Of a stretch of DNA of 44,716 nt, positions 15,228 through 24,573 are shown piece after piece (position 1 is the stretch's first letter; each line of letters starts with the position of its first letter). The stretch spans positions 1 to 44,716 of the IMG/VR virus record IMGVR_UViG_3300023223_000058, one strand, 5' to 3'. The notes beneath the pieces are model-generated. The model was not told where the DNA came from. It ran no database searches and saw only the letters and a list, made by a program, of their open reading frames with translations. The position numbers were made by a program, and so were the translations under genes. The stretch comes from a virus (Duplodnaviria > Caudoviricetes).

Positions 15228-15829
15228 TGCGCTACACAGGTACTGAGCTGGTTCTTATGGCCGACCCTTGGCTCAGGGATCACTATTACAAACCACTGGG
15301 TCCAGATACCCTGAAACAACTATTAGAACTAAAGAGAGATCAAAAGATGCAGAAGATTAAATTAGTGCCCCCTATCGAAGGGTTTGAAGAGATGGCTGAA
15401 TTGAGGCTCGCAAGACACGGTGAGAGTCTCATCGGAGACGATGGACTACCTGAGGTGGCTGAGGGGGACTATGGGTGCATAAAATCGATAGTACTAACCA
15501 AGCGCATGACCCTAGCTGACCGCTTGGGCCTTGAGGTCGGTGCCACCTACAGCTTCTCTGGGGATTATGCTTTAATCTTCGTACAAACAGCCGAGACATT
15601 GGTGGAGCTAGGGTTCCATATCAACAAGAGTGGTTGTAGCTCCGAGAGGTTCTTAAGGACAGAAGACCTCCGTATGGTCATCAGACCCGATGGCACCTTC
15701 GTAGACGATGAACCCGATGGTAACTATGAGTCCATCGGTGGTGTTGATGTATCTAAGGCTGACCTGCGGGCTTATTGTGAGCTCACATGTCATGTCCCAG
15801 CCTGTTGGGGCTGTGGTCGTGAGGCCTAA
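15227..15829 (+). CDS. Hypothetical protein (alternative start 15347), paralogue of 13007 ORF
   Basis: IKLVPPIEGFEEMAELR...GESLI...LTK...DRLGLEVG. Confidence 0.7.
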   Translation: MRYTGTELVLMADPWLRDHYYKPLGPDTLKQLLELKRDQKMQKIKLVPPIEGFEEMAELRLARHGESLIGDDGLPEVAEGDYGCIKSIVLTKRMTLADRLGLEVGATYSFSGDYALIFVQTAETLVELGFHINKSGCSSERFLRTEDLRMVIRPDGTFVDDEPDGNYESIGGVDVSKADLRAYCELTCHVPACWGCGREA

Positions 15830-15977
15830 AGACACCAAAGATACTGGGGCTGGCAAAGGTGGTAAACCTGAGCTGGTCGGTATCGACTACACCCGTAGAC
15901 GCAATAATCACGAACGAATAGACTGGAGGCCCAAAGATGACCAAAGCAACACCAGAAGAACTAAAGATCTACGCTGA
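15819..15977 (+). CDS. Small basic hypothetical protein
   Basis: GAGKGGKP...NNHERIDW pattern recalled from small phage proteins; start uncertain. Confidence 0.45.
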   Translation: MRPKDTKDTGAGKGGKPELVGIDYTRRRNNHERIDWRPKDDQSNTRRTKDLR

Positions 15978-16113
15978 CATCCTGTGTCAGTTGGATCCCT
16001 ATATCGGCACCGATGATGATGAGGCTGTGGATCTCTCGGGGTCCATGGGGATCCTCATTAGAGAGATAGGTATCCGCTCGATGTCGAGTGTTACAATCAA
16101 GGAGACGCCATGA
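15937..16113 (+). CDS. Hypothetical protein (58 aa)
   Basis: GGAGG RBS; MTKATPEELKIYADIL...; coupled to the next gene. Confidence 0.55.
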   Translation: MTKATPEELKIYADILCQLDPYIGTDDDEAVDLSGSMGILIREIGIRSMSSVTIKETP

Positions 16114-16286
16114 TCACAGTAGACGAACGACACTCAGGCCCACCGATCTTCGGTAGCATCATCAAGGATCCACCTAAGCACCTCTCGAGCATGAGTGATC
16201 ACGGTAATTGGATCAATCGCTGGATAGCCGCAGGTCGACAGCTTGCGATGCATGAGTCCTACAGATGCCATGAGGTGACCACATGA
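16110..16286 (+). CDS. Hypothetical protein (58 aa)
   Basis: AAGGAG RBS; ATGA coupling at both ends. Confidence 0.55.
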   Translation: MITVDERHSGPPIFGSIIKDPPKHLSSMSDHGNWINRWIAAGRQLAMHESYRCHEVTT

Positions 16287-16609
16287 TGGGACTCATAATG
16301 TATGTAGGCATCTGCACATGCCTAGCGATCCCTTGCTACCTTGGGTGGCTGGGGTATCTGAAGGTTGCTAAGTGGTTCTCTGAGTATGATAAGCTCAAGG
16401 GAGATCAGGTCACCGATAGGATTACATCTCGACAGCTCGAGGACTTCTGTACCAAACAGATCGGCCAGATGAGAGACCACATGCTCGTCTCAGAGGACCG
16501 TGTGTCCAAGAAGGCGCATAAGGCCTCTGAGATCGCAAGAGGTGTCGAGGTTGAGACCAAACGATTAGCCGCTGAGGTCCTAAGACTTCGAGCCCGCATA
16601 GACCCATAG
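16283..16609 (+). CDS. Membrane-anchored coiled-coil protein
   Basis: GAGG RBS; N-terminal hydrophobic helix. Confidence 0.6.
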   Translation: MMGLIMYVGICTCLAIPCYLGWLGYLKVAKWFSEYDKLKGDQVTDRITSRQLEDFCTKQIGQMRDHMLVSEDRVSKKAHKASEIARGVEVETKRLAAEVLRLRARIDP

Positions 16610-16627
16610 ATACCCTAGGAGGTACCA

Positions 16628-16861
16628 GTGCAACACACGATAATCAAAGGTCAAACCTATAAGGTGTGGACCCGTTGGTACACCTTCAGATGCCGTCGAT
16701 GTAAAACCTTTTGGTTGGACAGCGATCCTGATATCACCCCATTCCCTACTATGGATGGCCGCATGACTTCTTGGGTCAACTCCGACTGTAGCCGTTGTGG
16801 TGGTAGGAACTCTGGGAAACACAATAGATACATACGAACCTATAAAGAGGAGACACCATGA
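16628..16861 (+). CDS. Small Zn-ribbon protein
   Basis: CRRC...CSRC; AGGAGG RBS with GTG start. Confidence 0.65.
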   Translation: MQHTIIKGQTYKVWTRWYTFRCRRCKTFWLDSDPDITPFPTMDGRMTSWVNSDCSRCGGRNSGKHNRYIRTYKEETP

Positions 16862-18660
16862 AAGTATATTTCGACCTTGAGACCAACGGTCTCCACTTCG
16901 CCTTCACCAAGATCCATTGTATCTCCTTAGCTGTAGACGATGGACCTCCTCAGCTCTTCATAAATCGCAGGGACTCAGGTCTCGCTGTGAAATACGAGGG
17001 GTTCCTTGAGGACGCGGCTGTCATCCTCAGGCAGGCTGACGAGATCATCGGACACAACATCATTGACTTTGACATGCTGTGTCTCGAAAGGCTCCTTGGG
17101 TTCTCAACAGACCCTCTGAAGATATACGACACCCTCTTGGCCTCTCGAATCATCTATGGTGACTCCTTGAACCCCCAAGGTCACGGCTTGAAAGCATGGG
17201 GCCTGAGGCTCGGATGCTCCAAGGGTGACTTTGGTGCCGAGACTGACTGGCAAGAGATGACTCCAGCCATGGGTCTCTATTGCAACCAAGATGTCGAGGT
17301 GACCAAGGCTCTCTATAAAGAGCTCCAAAAGAAACACACGCTCCATCTGCCTCCTAAGGTCTGGGATATGGAACGAAAGGTCGCGTTGATCATCAGGAAC
17401 CAGAAGATGCATGGGGTTTCCTTCGATGAACCTAGGGCTCTTAAGTTGTACGCTGAGTTATCTCGGGAGTACAATCTGTTCGCAGATAAACTAAGGACCT
17501 TATTCCCTGCCATCTGTAAACTCAAGGGCGGTTATAAGACCTCTCGGTTCGTACCCAAGCAGGATAACAAGAGGCTCGGGTATAAGAAGGGTGTCGAGTG
17601 CTTCAAGATTGAGGTCCTCGAGTTCAATCCTAATTCCCCGATTCATATTGAGATTGCTCTGAAGCGAAAGTACGCATGGAAGCCAACCAAGTTCACTAAG
17701 ACTGGGATGGCATCTACAGATGAGGCAGTCCTAAGTGCCCTCATATACCCTGAGGCCAAAGAGTTAGCCAAGATGTCCTTGATTAAACACAGGCTCGGTA
17801 TGCTACACGATGGTAAGGGGTCGTTCCTTAAGTCTGTCCAAGAGGACGGTCGGATCCATGGGGATGTCAACAGCAACGGTTGCGTCACAGGCCGCATGAG
17901 CCACAGCAAGCCCAACATGAATGTACCTAAGACCCAAGTGGGTCCTGATGGTGTCCTGTGGGGTCGCGCTGGTATCTGGGGAGCAGACTTTCGAGCTCTG
18001 TTTACAGCATCTGACGGTCGTAAGATCGTAGGGTGTGACGCCTCAGGTCTTGAGCTTCGTATGTTGGCCCACTATATGTCGAGGTTCGATGGTGGTGCCT
18101 ACGCTAAGGTGATCCTCGAGGGTGACATCCACACGGTCAATCAAAAGGCCGCTGGGTTACCCACGAGAGACCAAGCGAAGACCTTCATCTACGCTTTGCT
18201 CTATGGGGCTGGCGATGCCAAAATAGGATCGATTGTGGGTAAAGGGGCTTACGCTGGGAAGCAATTGAAGAAGCAGTTCTTCAGTAACCTTCCGGCCTTA
18301 GGAGCCCTGTCGGCTGGTGTGTCTGAGAAGGCTCGCAAGCAGAAACACCTACGAGGGCTAGACGGCAGGATCCTAAGGGTTCGTCATCAACACGCGGCCC
18401 TCAACACCTTGTTACAAGGGGCTGGCGCGTGTGTCATGAAGCAGGCCTTAGTAAACCTTTGGGAGTCAGCAGACACCTCTCGGTTTGACTTTGTTCTGAA
18501 TGTCCATGATGAGTACCAGATGGAGGCAGACTTGGGTTATCCCAAGGAGCTCGCAGGGTTGGCTGAAGAGGCCATTCGTAAAGCAGGTGTAGACTTGGGG
18601 CTTAGGTGTCCCTTGGATGCTGAAGCTAAAATTGGAAACAACTGGCAGGAGACACATTGA
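16858..18660 (+). CDS. gp5: Family A DNA polymerase with 3'-5' exonuclease
   Basis: FDLETNG, GHNIIDFD, YCNQDV, TGRMSH, DASGLELR, AKTFIYALLYG, VHDE. Confidence 0.98.
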   Translation: MKVYFDLETNGLHFAFTKIHCISLAVDDGPPQLFINRRDSGLAVKYEGFLEDAAVILRQADEIIGHNIIDFDMLCLERLLGFSTDPLKIYDTLLASRIIYGDSLNPQGHGLKAWGLRLGCSKGDFGAETDWQEMTPAMGLYCNQDVEVTKALYKELQKKHTLHLPPKVWDMERKVALIIRNQKMHGVSFDEPRALKLYAELSREYNLFADKLRTLFPAICKLKGGYKTSRFVPKQDNKRLGYKKGVECFKIEVLEFNPNSPIHIEIALKRKYAWKPTKFTKTGMASTDEAVLSALIYPEAKELAKMSLIKHRLGMLHDGKGSFLKSVQEDGRIHGDVNSNGCVTGRMSHSKPNMNVPKTQVGPDGVLWGRAGIWGADFRALFTASDGRKIVGCDASGLELRMLAHYMSRFDGGAYAKVILEGDIHTVNQKAAGLPTRDQAKTFIYALLYGAGDAKIGSIVGKGAYAGKQLKKQFFSNLPALGALSAGVSEKARKQKHLRGLDGRILRVRHQHAALNTLLQGAGACVMKQALVNLWESADTSRFDFVLNVHDEYQMEADLGYPKELAGLAEEAIRKAGVDLGLRCPLDAEAKIGNNWQETH

Positions 18661-19010
18661 TGAAGAGATCATTGATACAGAAAACTAAGGTGGCTAAGTT
18701 CCCCACAGATCCTATGTGGGACTTTAACATAACCGCTGATAAGATTGGCCCCCACGGGTGTATGGGTACCATCTATCGACACAGCCTCACCCTGACCGTG
18801 GATACCTCGGTGGCTGATGATCTGATGCCTGATAAGGGTCATATGGTTACTGAGGCCGCTGAGAGGGCCATCCTTCGAGAGCTCTACAAGGAACCCCTCA
18901 GGAAACTTCAGGAGCTTAAGCACCATCTGTATTCCAAGGACTTCCAAGGGTGTATGAAGACTGTCCAAGAGCTCGACATAATCATGACGGAGTTCACCGA
19001 TGACCACTAA
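18657..19010 (+). CDS. Hypothetical protein (position of T7 gp5.x)
   Basis: Coupled to the polymerase stop; AGGAG RBS. Confidence 0.6.
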   Translation: MMKRSLIQKTKVAKFPTDPMWDFNITADKIGPHGCMGTIYRHSLTLTVDTSVADDLMPDKGHMVTEAAERAILRELYKEPLRKLQELKHHLYSKDFQGCMKTVQELDIIMTEFTDDH

Positions 19011-19593
19011 CGACCTATGCACCCACAGGTACCGAAACAACAAAACACACGCATGTACCATATGCGACCACATAGAGGGGAACATTGAGATGGACCGAAT
19101 CCTAGCACAAGAGGACCAAGAGGACCCACAGGAACCCGACATCCACGAGGCCTCCAAAGCCTTCGATGCCACCCACGGCCCCCAACCGGATACGTCAGAT
19201 AAACAGGGGCCTATTGCTGAATCAGGGATCCCAGACACAGGCCAACGCCGCCAATGGCCCACAGGTGCCGTCAGAGATGCCTCTGCTGGCAAACCTGAGA
19301 TCACCCAGATCTATCCACCTGCGATCCTGAGGTTAGCCCAACGGGGAACTGATGGTGCTCGTAAGTACGATGATTACAACTGGACAAAAGGGATCCCTTT
19401 GAAGACCTATGTGGATTCGCTGTACCGACATCTGTCGGCCTATCAGATGGGTGACACATCAGAGGACCATCTGTCTGCTGTTATGTGGAACGCGATGGGC
19501 CTGATGTACACTGAGGACCGATTGGCCGATGGGACTTTCGATCCTGAAGAGATGAACGATTTATTTACTTGGAGTAAACAGAAGAATGACTGA
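19000..19593 (+). CDS. dATP/dGTP diphosphohydrolase-like (DUF5664) protein
   Basis: TGAVRD...GKP...GARKY...NWTKG...SLYRHL...EDHL..V.WN signature. Confidence 0.85.
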   Translation: MTTNDLCTHRYRNNKTHACTICDHIEGNIEMDRILAQEDQEDPQEPDIHEASKAFDATHGPQPDTSDKQGPIAESGIPDTGQRRQWPTGAVRDASAGKPEITQIYPPAILRLAQRGTDGARKYDDYNWTKGIPLKTYVDSLYRHLSAYQMGDTSEDHLSAVMWNAMGLMYTEDRLADGTFDPEEMNDLFTWSKQKND

Positions 19594-19783
19594 CGCAGAA
19601 GGAACACCCCTAGAGATAGGCGACAAAGTTTGGACCACAGTTGTTGGATGGAACGGTGGTAATTCCCACCGACTCCAGCTACTGACGATCAAGAGCTTTG
19701 GTAAGAAGATGGTTATATTCAAAGAAGGTTATCGGACCACACGGTATCCCGAAGCCTGCATCAAACAAGGAGCAAAAGAATGA
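19586..19783 (+). CDS. Hypothetical protein (KOW/SH3-like start)
   Basis: DAEGTPLEIGDKV motif. Confidence 0.6.
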   Translation: MTDAEGTPLEIGDKVWTTVVGWNGGNSHRLQLLTIKSFGKKMVIFKEGYRTTRYPEACIKQGAKE

Positions 19784-20049
19784 CTGACGCCAAAAACCTA
19801 CTAGAGGTCATCGAGCTATCTCGACTGGGCACCTCGATCCCAACGGTCACCAGCTCTCGAACAGCCGTGTACTCCTTAGAGTCCGCTGTCGGCCTACTGG
19901 TGGTCGATGGGATGACCGGAGCTGAGGCCTACGATTGGGTGAGACGCATGAACAACATGTATAACGATGGGCCTAATGTCATCTTCGTGTCTGAAGGCAT
20001 GAAGGTCGATGGGGACCTTGGGTTCCAGATGGACGGGGGGAGCCGATGA
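19780..20049 (+). CDS. Hypothetical protein
   Basis: AAGGAG RBS; AVYS...GMT..EA.DW..N pattern. Confidence 0.6.
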   Translation: MTDAKNLLEVIELSRLGTSIPTVTSSRTAVYSLESAVGLLVVDGMTGAEAYDWVRRMNNMYNDGPNVIFVSEGMKVDGDLGFQMDGGSR

Positions 20050-20345
20050 GTGAGCATACGAAAGGCCCGTGGGTCATAGATGGGACTACCGTCTATTCTC
20101 TACAGCATTCAGGGTGGAATAAAGGTGAGGAGGTCCTTGAAAATAGATTCAGCGCCCATGTCCAACGAGGACGCTATTGCCCCTTATCTGAGGTGAATGC
20201 TAATGCTAACCTGATAGCCGCCACCCCTGATCTCCTTGAGGCTCTTGAGGTAGTGATCCGCTCAATGAATGAAGAAGGGTTAAGCCCTTGGTGGCTTGAG
20301 GCGGTTGAACTAACCATCACCAAAGCCCGAGGAGAAACCACATGA
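20046..20345 (+). CDS. Conserved phage hypothetical protein
   Basis: HTKGPW...ANANLIAATPDLLEALE family signature. Confidence 0.75.
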   Translation: MSEHTKGPWVIDGTTVYSLQHSGWNKGEEVLENRFSAHVQRGRYCPLSEVNANANLIAATPDLLEALEVVIRSMNEEGLSPWWLEAVELTITKARGETT

Positions 20346-20581
20346 TTCCTAAACCTTTCTACATGGGGCCTTGGACAACAGGTTGGCAGAACTGTAGGAT
20401 CTGTAACGACTGTGACTCCCCCAGACCAGTGACTATGCTAGGACCCAAGCATTGCCCTCGATGTACCAGCGATGACTCCCGTAAAGGGTTTGCCAGACGA
20501 GAGAGGGTTGAGACATCTTGGTGGAGAGAGCTACTCTTTGGTGTGACCATTAAACTAAAGACACGGGAGGACTCACGATGA
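20342..20581 (+). CDS. Small Zn-ribbon protein
   Basis: CNDC...CPRC; GAGGAG RBS. Confidence 0.65.
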   Translation: MIPKPFYMGPWTTGWQNCRICNDCDSPRPVTMLGPKHCPRCTSDDSRKGFARRERVETSWWRELLFGVTIKLKTREDSR

Positions 20582-21336
20582 TCCAAACAGCCCTAATAGA
20601 CGCAGACATCGTGACCTTCCAAGCCGCCGCTGGTAATGAGACCACCCTCTCGTGGGGGTCCGATGGGTCCTCCTTGGTCCTCGATCCTGACCTCGCCCTC
20701 TTCAGATGCCGAGAGAGAATAGCGGACATCCAAAAGATGCTTGGGGCTCCTGAGGTCCTCTTATGTTTCTCAGGTGCCGCCAACTTCCGATATGACGCTC
20801 TTAAGACCTACAAGCACAACCGTAAGGGCAAACGGAAACCACAGCTCCTAGGCCCCTTAAAGACCCTCCTAGGGGACCTCTACCCCTGTCGCCAAGAGAA
20901 CCGTATCGAGGCTGATGATCTCATGGGGATCCTACAGACTGACGAGACGGCTATTGCAACCATCGATAAAGACCTCGATCAGATCTCAGGTCTCCATTAC
21001 AACTGGAAGCACACCAAAGTCTACGAGGTCTCCCCCAAGGATGCCCTGTGGTTCCGATGGTTTCAGGTGCTCACAGGGGACAGCACGGATGGGTACAAAG
21101 GGATCCCGCGTGTGGGACCTGTGAAGGCCACCAAGATGCTGTCGCCTCACAGGGATGACCGCATGTGTCTGGTGGAGCAACATCAGGAATATGCCTACGC
21201 CTGCTGGGGTCTCTATCAGGACGCTGGGATCCCTAGGAAGTCTTACGAGGCTCAGGTGGCTGTGGCACAGATCCTGAACGCTGATATGTGGGACCAAGAG
21301 AACAAGAGTGTTTTGACTGAGTATCAGGTCTACTGA
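20578..21336 (+). CDS. gp6: 5'-3' exonuclease
   Basis: LIDADI, NFR...YKHNRK, EADDLMG, DKDL.QI.G, LTGDSTDGYKGIP.VG. Confidence 0.96.
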   Translation: MIQTALIDADIVTFQAAAGNETTLSWGSDGSSLVLDPDLALFRCRERIADIQKMLGAPEVLLCFSGAANFRYDALKTYKHNRKGKRKPQLLGPLKTLLGDLYPCRQENRIEADDLMGILQTDETAIATIDKDLDQISGLHYNWKHTKVYEVSPKDALWFRWFQVLTGDSTDGYKGIPRVGPVKATKMLSPHRDDRMCLVEQHQEYAYACWGLYQDAGIPRKSYEAQVAVAQILNADMWDQENKSVLTEYQVY

Positions 21337-21350
21337 TATCCTTTAAGATA

Positions 21351-21367
21351 ACACAGCCTATTACTAA
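21351..21367 (+). promoter_or_regulatory. Putative phage late promoter
   Basis: ACACAGCCTATTACTAA followed by GAG, immediately before the structural operon (position of T7 phi6.5). Confidence 0.7.
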
Positions 21368-21377
21368 GAGAACTAAT

Positions 21378-21572
21378 ATGAAAAGTCTACACACTATAAT
21401 TCAACAGTCCCTATCTGCCGAGGAGCTCATCAGAGCCCTATACGAGGCCTACCCCGATTGCCACCCCAAGACATCCATGTCCGAACGAGAGATATGGATG
21501 AAGGTGGGCGAGCGTAATCTGGTGGTCAAGTTGCAGGAGATAGTGGATCGTCTATCCAAAGAGGAACCTTAG
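21378..21572 (+). CDS. Small protein at the gp6.5 position
   Basis: Synteny; L...YPD..P....EREIW...G.R..V pattern. Confidence 0.7.
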   Translation: MKSLHTIIQQSLSAEELIRALYEAYPDCHPKTSMSEREIWMKVGERNLVVKLQEIVDRLSKEEP

Positions 21573-21575
21573 CTT

Positions 21576-21761
21576 ATGTGCTTCAGCGCCCCCAAAGCAC
21601 CAAAGATCGAACCACCTGCCGCACCACCGCCTGAGGTTAAGCCTCTAGGTAACGAGGCCCTCGAGAAAAAGAAATCAAAGAACAAAGCTCAGGGTCGAAA
21701 GTCCCTAGCGATTCCCATTGGGACCAGCTCAGGCTCAGGCTTGGGTATCCCACAGGGGTAA
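21576..21761 (+). CDS. Small virion protein (gp6.7-like)
   Basis: MCFS.PK N-terminus and GRKSL; just before the portal. Confidence 0.7.
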   Translation: MCFSAPKAPKIEPPAAPPPEVKPLGNEALEKKKSKNKAQGRKSLAIPIGTSSGSGLGIPQG

Positions 21762-21764
21762 CAC

Positions 21765-23327
21765 ATGCAAATGAACCTAGATGTACAAGCCGAGTTCCAT
21801 AGACTCGACTCTAAACGCCAAGGGATCCTAGATAGGAATCGTGAGTGTGCCAAGTTAACGCTCCCACATGTGCTACCTTTTGATGGACACAACGAAGACG
21901 ATGAGCTACCTCAGCCCTATCAGTCCGAGGGTGCCAACGGTGTCAACAACCTTTCGTCCAAGATCCTCCTAACGGTCCTGCCACCTCAAACGACCCCGAT
22001 GGCTATCGAGCTGACCGAGGAAACCAAGACTGAATTTAAAGAGGCCGACCCTGCTGTTGTATCCAAGGTTGCTCAGGATATGCTATCCTTTGAGCGACTG
22101 GTCATGGAAGACATCAACCTGAACGCTATGAGACCTAAGGTCTTCAACTTCATCAGGAACCTCATCATCGTTGGTGACGCTTGCATGTTCATCCCAGACA
22201 AAGGGTCTGCCAAGGTGTTCCGATTGGACCGCTATGTGGTCTCTCGGGATGACTCAGGTAATGTGCTCCAACTGATTATCAAGGAAACCTTTGACACCTC
22301 TGTTCTATCAGAGGAGCAGTTGGTTGCCCACAACGCCGCCGACTCCACCAGTCAAGGTGACGGACACGATGATGTCGATGTTTATACTCATGTTCGATAC
22401 GATGACAAGAAGGTCCACGGGTCCCAATGGATCGGTGGGCACATGGTTGTAGGGACTGATGTCTCATACCCCAAAGAGGAATCCCCTTGGATCAACTCTC
22501 GATGGACAGAGATCGATGGTGAGAACTACGGACGCGGACATGTCGAGGAGAACTGGGGTGACCTTAATTCTCTCGAGTCCCTGTCGAAAGCCATAGTCCT
22601 AAGCGCGGCCATCGCGGCCCGCACGATCTTTCTGGTGAACCCTAATTCCGGTATCAACCTTAAGAAGCTCTCGGAGACGCCACTCGGTGGATTCATCGGT
22701 GGTAATGTTGAGGATGTCAACGCTCTATCTATTGATAAAGCCGCAGACATGCAGTCAGCTATGACCCTCCAATCACAGATCAAGCAACAGTTGGCTCATG
22801 TGTTCCTAAGGAACTCCTCAGTCCAACGAGACGCTGAACGAGTGACCGCTGAAGAGATCCGCTTGATGGCTGAAGAACTTGAGACCGCCTTAGGTGGCAT
22901 GTTCTCTCGGCTATCTGAGGAGTTCCAAAGACCCTTTATCATGAGGATCATTGGACGCCTTAAGAAGCAGAAGAAATTACCTCAGTTCCCTAAGGACACC
23001 GTGACCATTCGGATCACCACAGGCCTTGAGGCCATTGGCCGAGGGCAGAACCTAGGAAAACTTGAGAGGGGTATCGCAACCCTTCAACCTTTGGGACCTG
23101 AGGCTATCAATGAGCTTCATATCTCAGAGGTCGTCAGACGGGTGTTCAACGCTTTAGGCGTAGACACCTCAGGACTAGTGAAGACTGATGAAGAGAAAGC
23201 CGCTGAACAGCAGGCCGCTCAACAACAGCAGATGATGCAGACAGCTTTAGAGAAAGGGGTAGCCCCTGCCGTATCCGGTATCGCTCAAGGCATCAATCAA
23301 CAGAACCAACCAACCCAAGGACAGTAA
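21765..23327 (+). CDS. gp8: Portal (head-to-tail connector)
   Basis: YQSEGANGVNNLSSK, GENYGRGHVEE, RDAERVTAEEIR, TGLEAIGRGQ. Confidence 0.97.
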   Translation: MQMNLDVQAEFHRLDSKRQGILDRNRECAKLTLPHVLPFDGHNEDDELPQPYQSEGANGVNNLSSKILLTVLPPQTTPMAIELTEETKTEFKEADPAVVSKVAQDMLSFERLVMEDINLNAMRPKVFNFIRNLIIVGDACMFIPDKGSAKVFRLDRYVVSRDDSGNVLQLIIKETFDTSVLSEEQLVAHNAADSTSQGDGHDDVDVYTHVRYDDKKVHGSQWIGGHMVVGTDVSYPKEESPWINSRWTEIDGENYGRGHVEENWGDLNSLESLSKAIVLSAAIAARTIFLVNPNSGINLKKLSETPLGGFIGGNVEDVNALSIDKAADMQSAMTLQSQIKQQLAHVFLRNSSVQRDAERVTAEEIRLMAEELETALGGMFSRLSEEFQRPFIMRIIGRLKKQKKLPQFPKDTVTIRITTGLEAIGRGQNLGKLERGIATLQPLGPEAINELHISEVVRRVFNALGVDTSGLVKTDEEKAAEQQAAQQQQMMQTALEKGVAPAVSGIAQGINQQNQPTQGQ

Positions 23328-24221
23328 ATGTCAACAGATGTAATAGCACCAGCGTCCCCAATGGCACCAGAGATCGTGCAGGCTCGGGATGCTTTAGCCG
23401 CATCAGAAATAACAGCAGGTAACAGTGAGTGGGCAGAAGCCTTCAAAGGTAAGACCTTCGACACAGTGGAAGCTGTACACATGGCTTATGCCACTCGAGA
23501 TGATGAGCCAACACCCGTTGTGCCTGTCGTTCCTGTTGAGTCTCCTAAGTTAGCAGGTAAGTTCGAGAGCCCTGAGGCCCTCGAGAAAGCCTACTTGGAG
23601 CTTCAGTCAAAGATGGGCCAGAAGGCCCCTGAGACGCCTCCTAAGGCCCCTGAGAACCCTTTGGCTATCAAGTCTGAGGCTGAGGCCGCAAAGGTCGTTG
23701 AGTCGGCTAACCTATCCATGGATGACCTACAGACACACTATAATGAACACGGCTCTTTGTCCGCTGATCACTATAGTGCTCTAGCCAAGTCAGGTCTCGA
23801 TGAGGCCACAGTCAATGGGTTCATAGGTGAGATCGCTGAAGCCCGAGGGGCCAAGCAAGCCGCCGCATCCAATCAGATCTTTGAATCTGTGGGTGGTGAG
23901 GAGGCCTATGTAGCCATGGTCGACTGGGCCAAGGGTAACCTAAGTGCCCCAGAGATCGCTTCGTACAACAAAGCGACAGACTCTGGTGACCTTGGGTTGA
24001 TCCAACTGGCAACACAGGGATTACACGCGAAGTACAAAGGTGCTGTGGGATCCGGTGGGACCGATGGGTTTATCGCTGGGCAGTCCAAAGCTCCCTCTGG
24101 GATCTCAGGTTTCGAGAGTCAGGCTGAGATGGTCAAGTGTTTCAATGATGAGCGTATGAAATCCCTTCCGAGCTATCAAGCTTTGATGAAGGCGCGCATG
24201 GAGCGCACGACTACCTTTTAG
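23328..24221 (+). CDS. gp9: Capsid scaffolding protein
   Basis: LAGKFES.E.LEKAY.ELQ; VGGEEAY..M..WA..NL; synteny. Confidence 0.92.
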   Translation: MSTDVIAPASPMAPEIVQARDALAASEITAGNSEWAEAFKGKTFDTVEAVHMAYATRDDEPTPVVPVVPVESPKLAGKFESPEALEKAYLELQSKMGQKAPETPPKAPENPLAIKSEAEAAKVVESANLSMDDLQTHYNEHGSLSADHYSALAKSGLDEATVNGFIGEIAEARGAKQAAASNQIFESVGGEEAYVAMVDWAKGNLSAPEIASYNKATDSGDLGLIQLATQGLHAKYKGAVGSGGTDGFIAGQSKAPSGISGFESQAEMVKCFNDERMKSLPSYQALMKARMERTTTF

Positions 24222-24226
24222 TCTTT

Positions 24227-24255
24227 GGGGTTATGGTGTTCCCCTTAAAAACACC
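24227..24255 (+). ncRNA. Putative H-type RNA pseudoknot
   Basis: GGGG(24227-30)/CCCC(24241-44) stem; loop GGTGTT(24235-40) is complementary to AACACC(24250-55). Confidence 0.5.
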
Positions 24256-24261
24256 TACAAT

Positions 24262-24335
24262 TGCGGGTTAGAGTACTGGTAACTTAGGGGCCTCATAAGC
24301 CTCGCATGTCTGTTCGATTCAGACACCCGCAACCA
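24262..24335 (+). tRNA. tRNA with CAT anticodon (Met, or Ile2)
   Basis: Acceptor TGCGGGT/ACCCGCA, anticodon arm GGGGC-CTCATAA-GCCTC, T arm with TTCGATT, encoded CCA. Confidence 0.9.
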
Positions 24336-24573
24336 GAGAAGCAAGGGGACGCCTTTGCAAAGACTTCGGAGTCAACTAGACGGGCGCCTATTAACATGGC
24401 ATCAACAGTCTCCCTAGGGTTTCTTCCTTCAGCTTGTCTGAATAGTTCCTAGGCACGGAGCATCCTTTTCAACCCCAATGGTTTTCCATTGGACCCAGTG
24501 TGTCCTGAGGGGCACATTAGTATTTCGAGAGCGAGCATTAGCCTCACAGGGACTTCAATGTCACCTCTCATAT

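Noticed and set aside
5703-18660. Inteins or introns in RNAP, helicase or DNA polymerase
   Set aside because: ORFs are continuous and near normal length; no intein terminal motifs seen.
24210-24290. Readthrough or frameshift extension of the scaffold stimulated by the pseudoknot
   Set aside because: Readthrough hits TAA after 8 codons, and the +1 frame stops after about 20 codons inside the tRNA.
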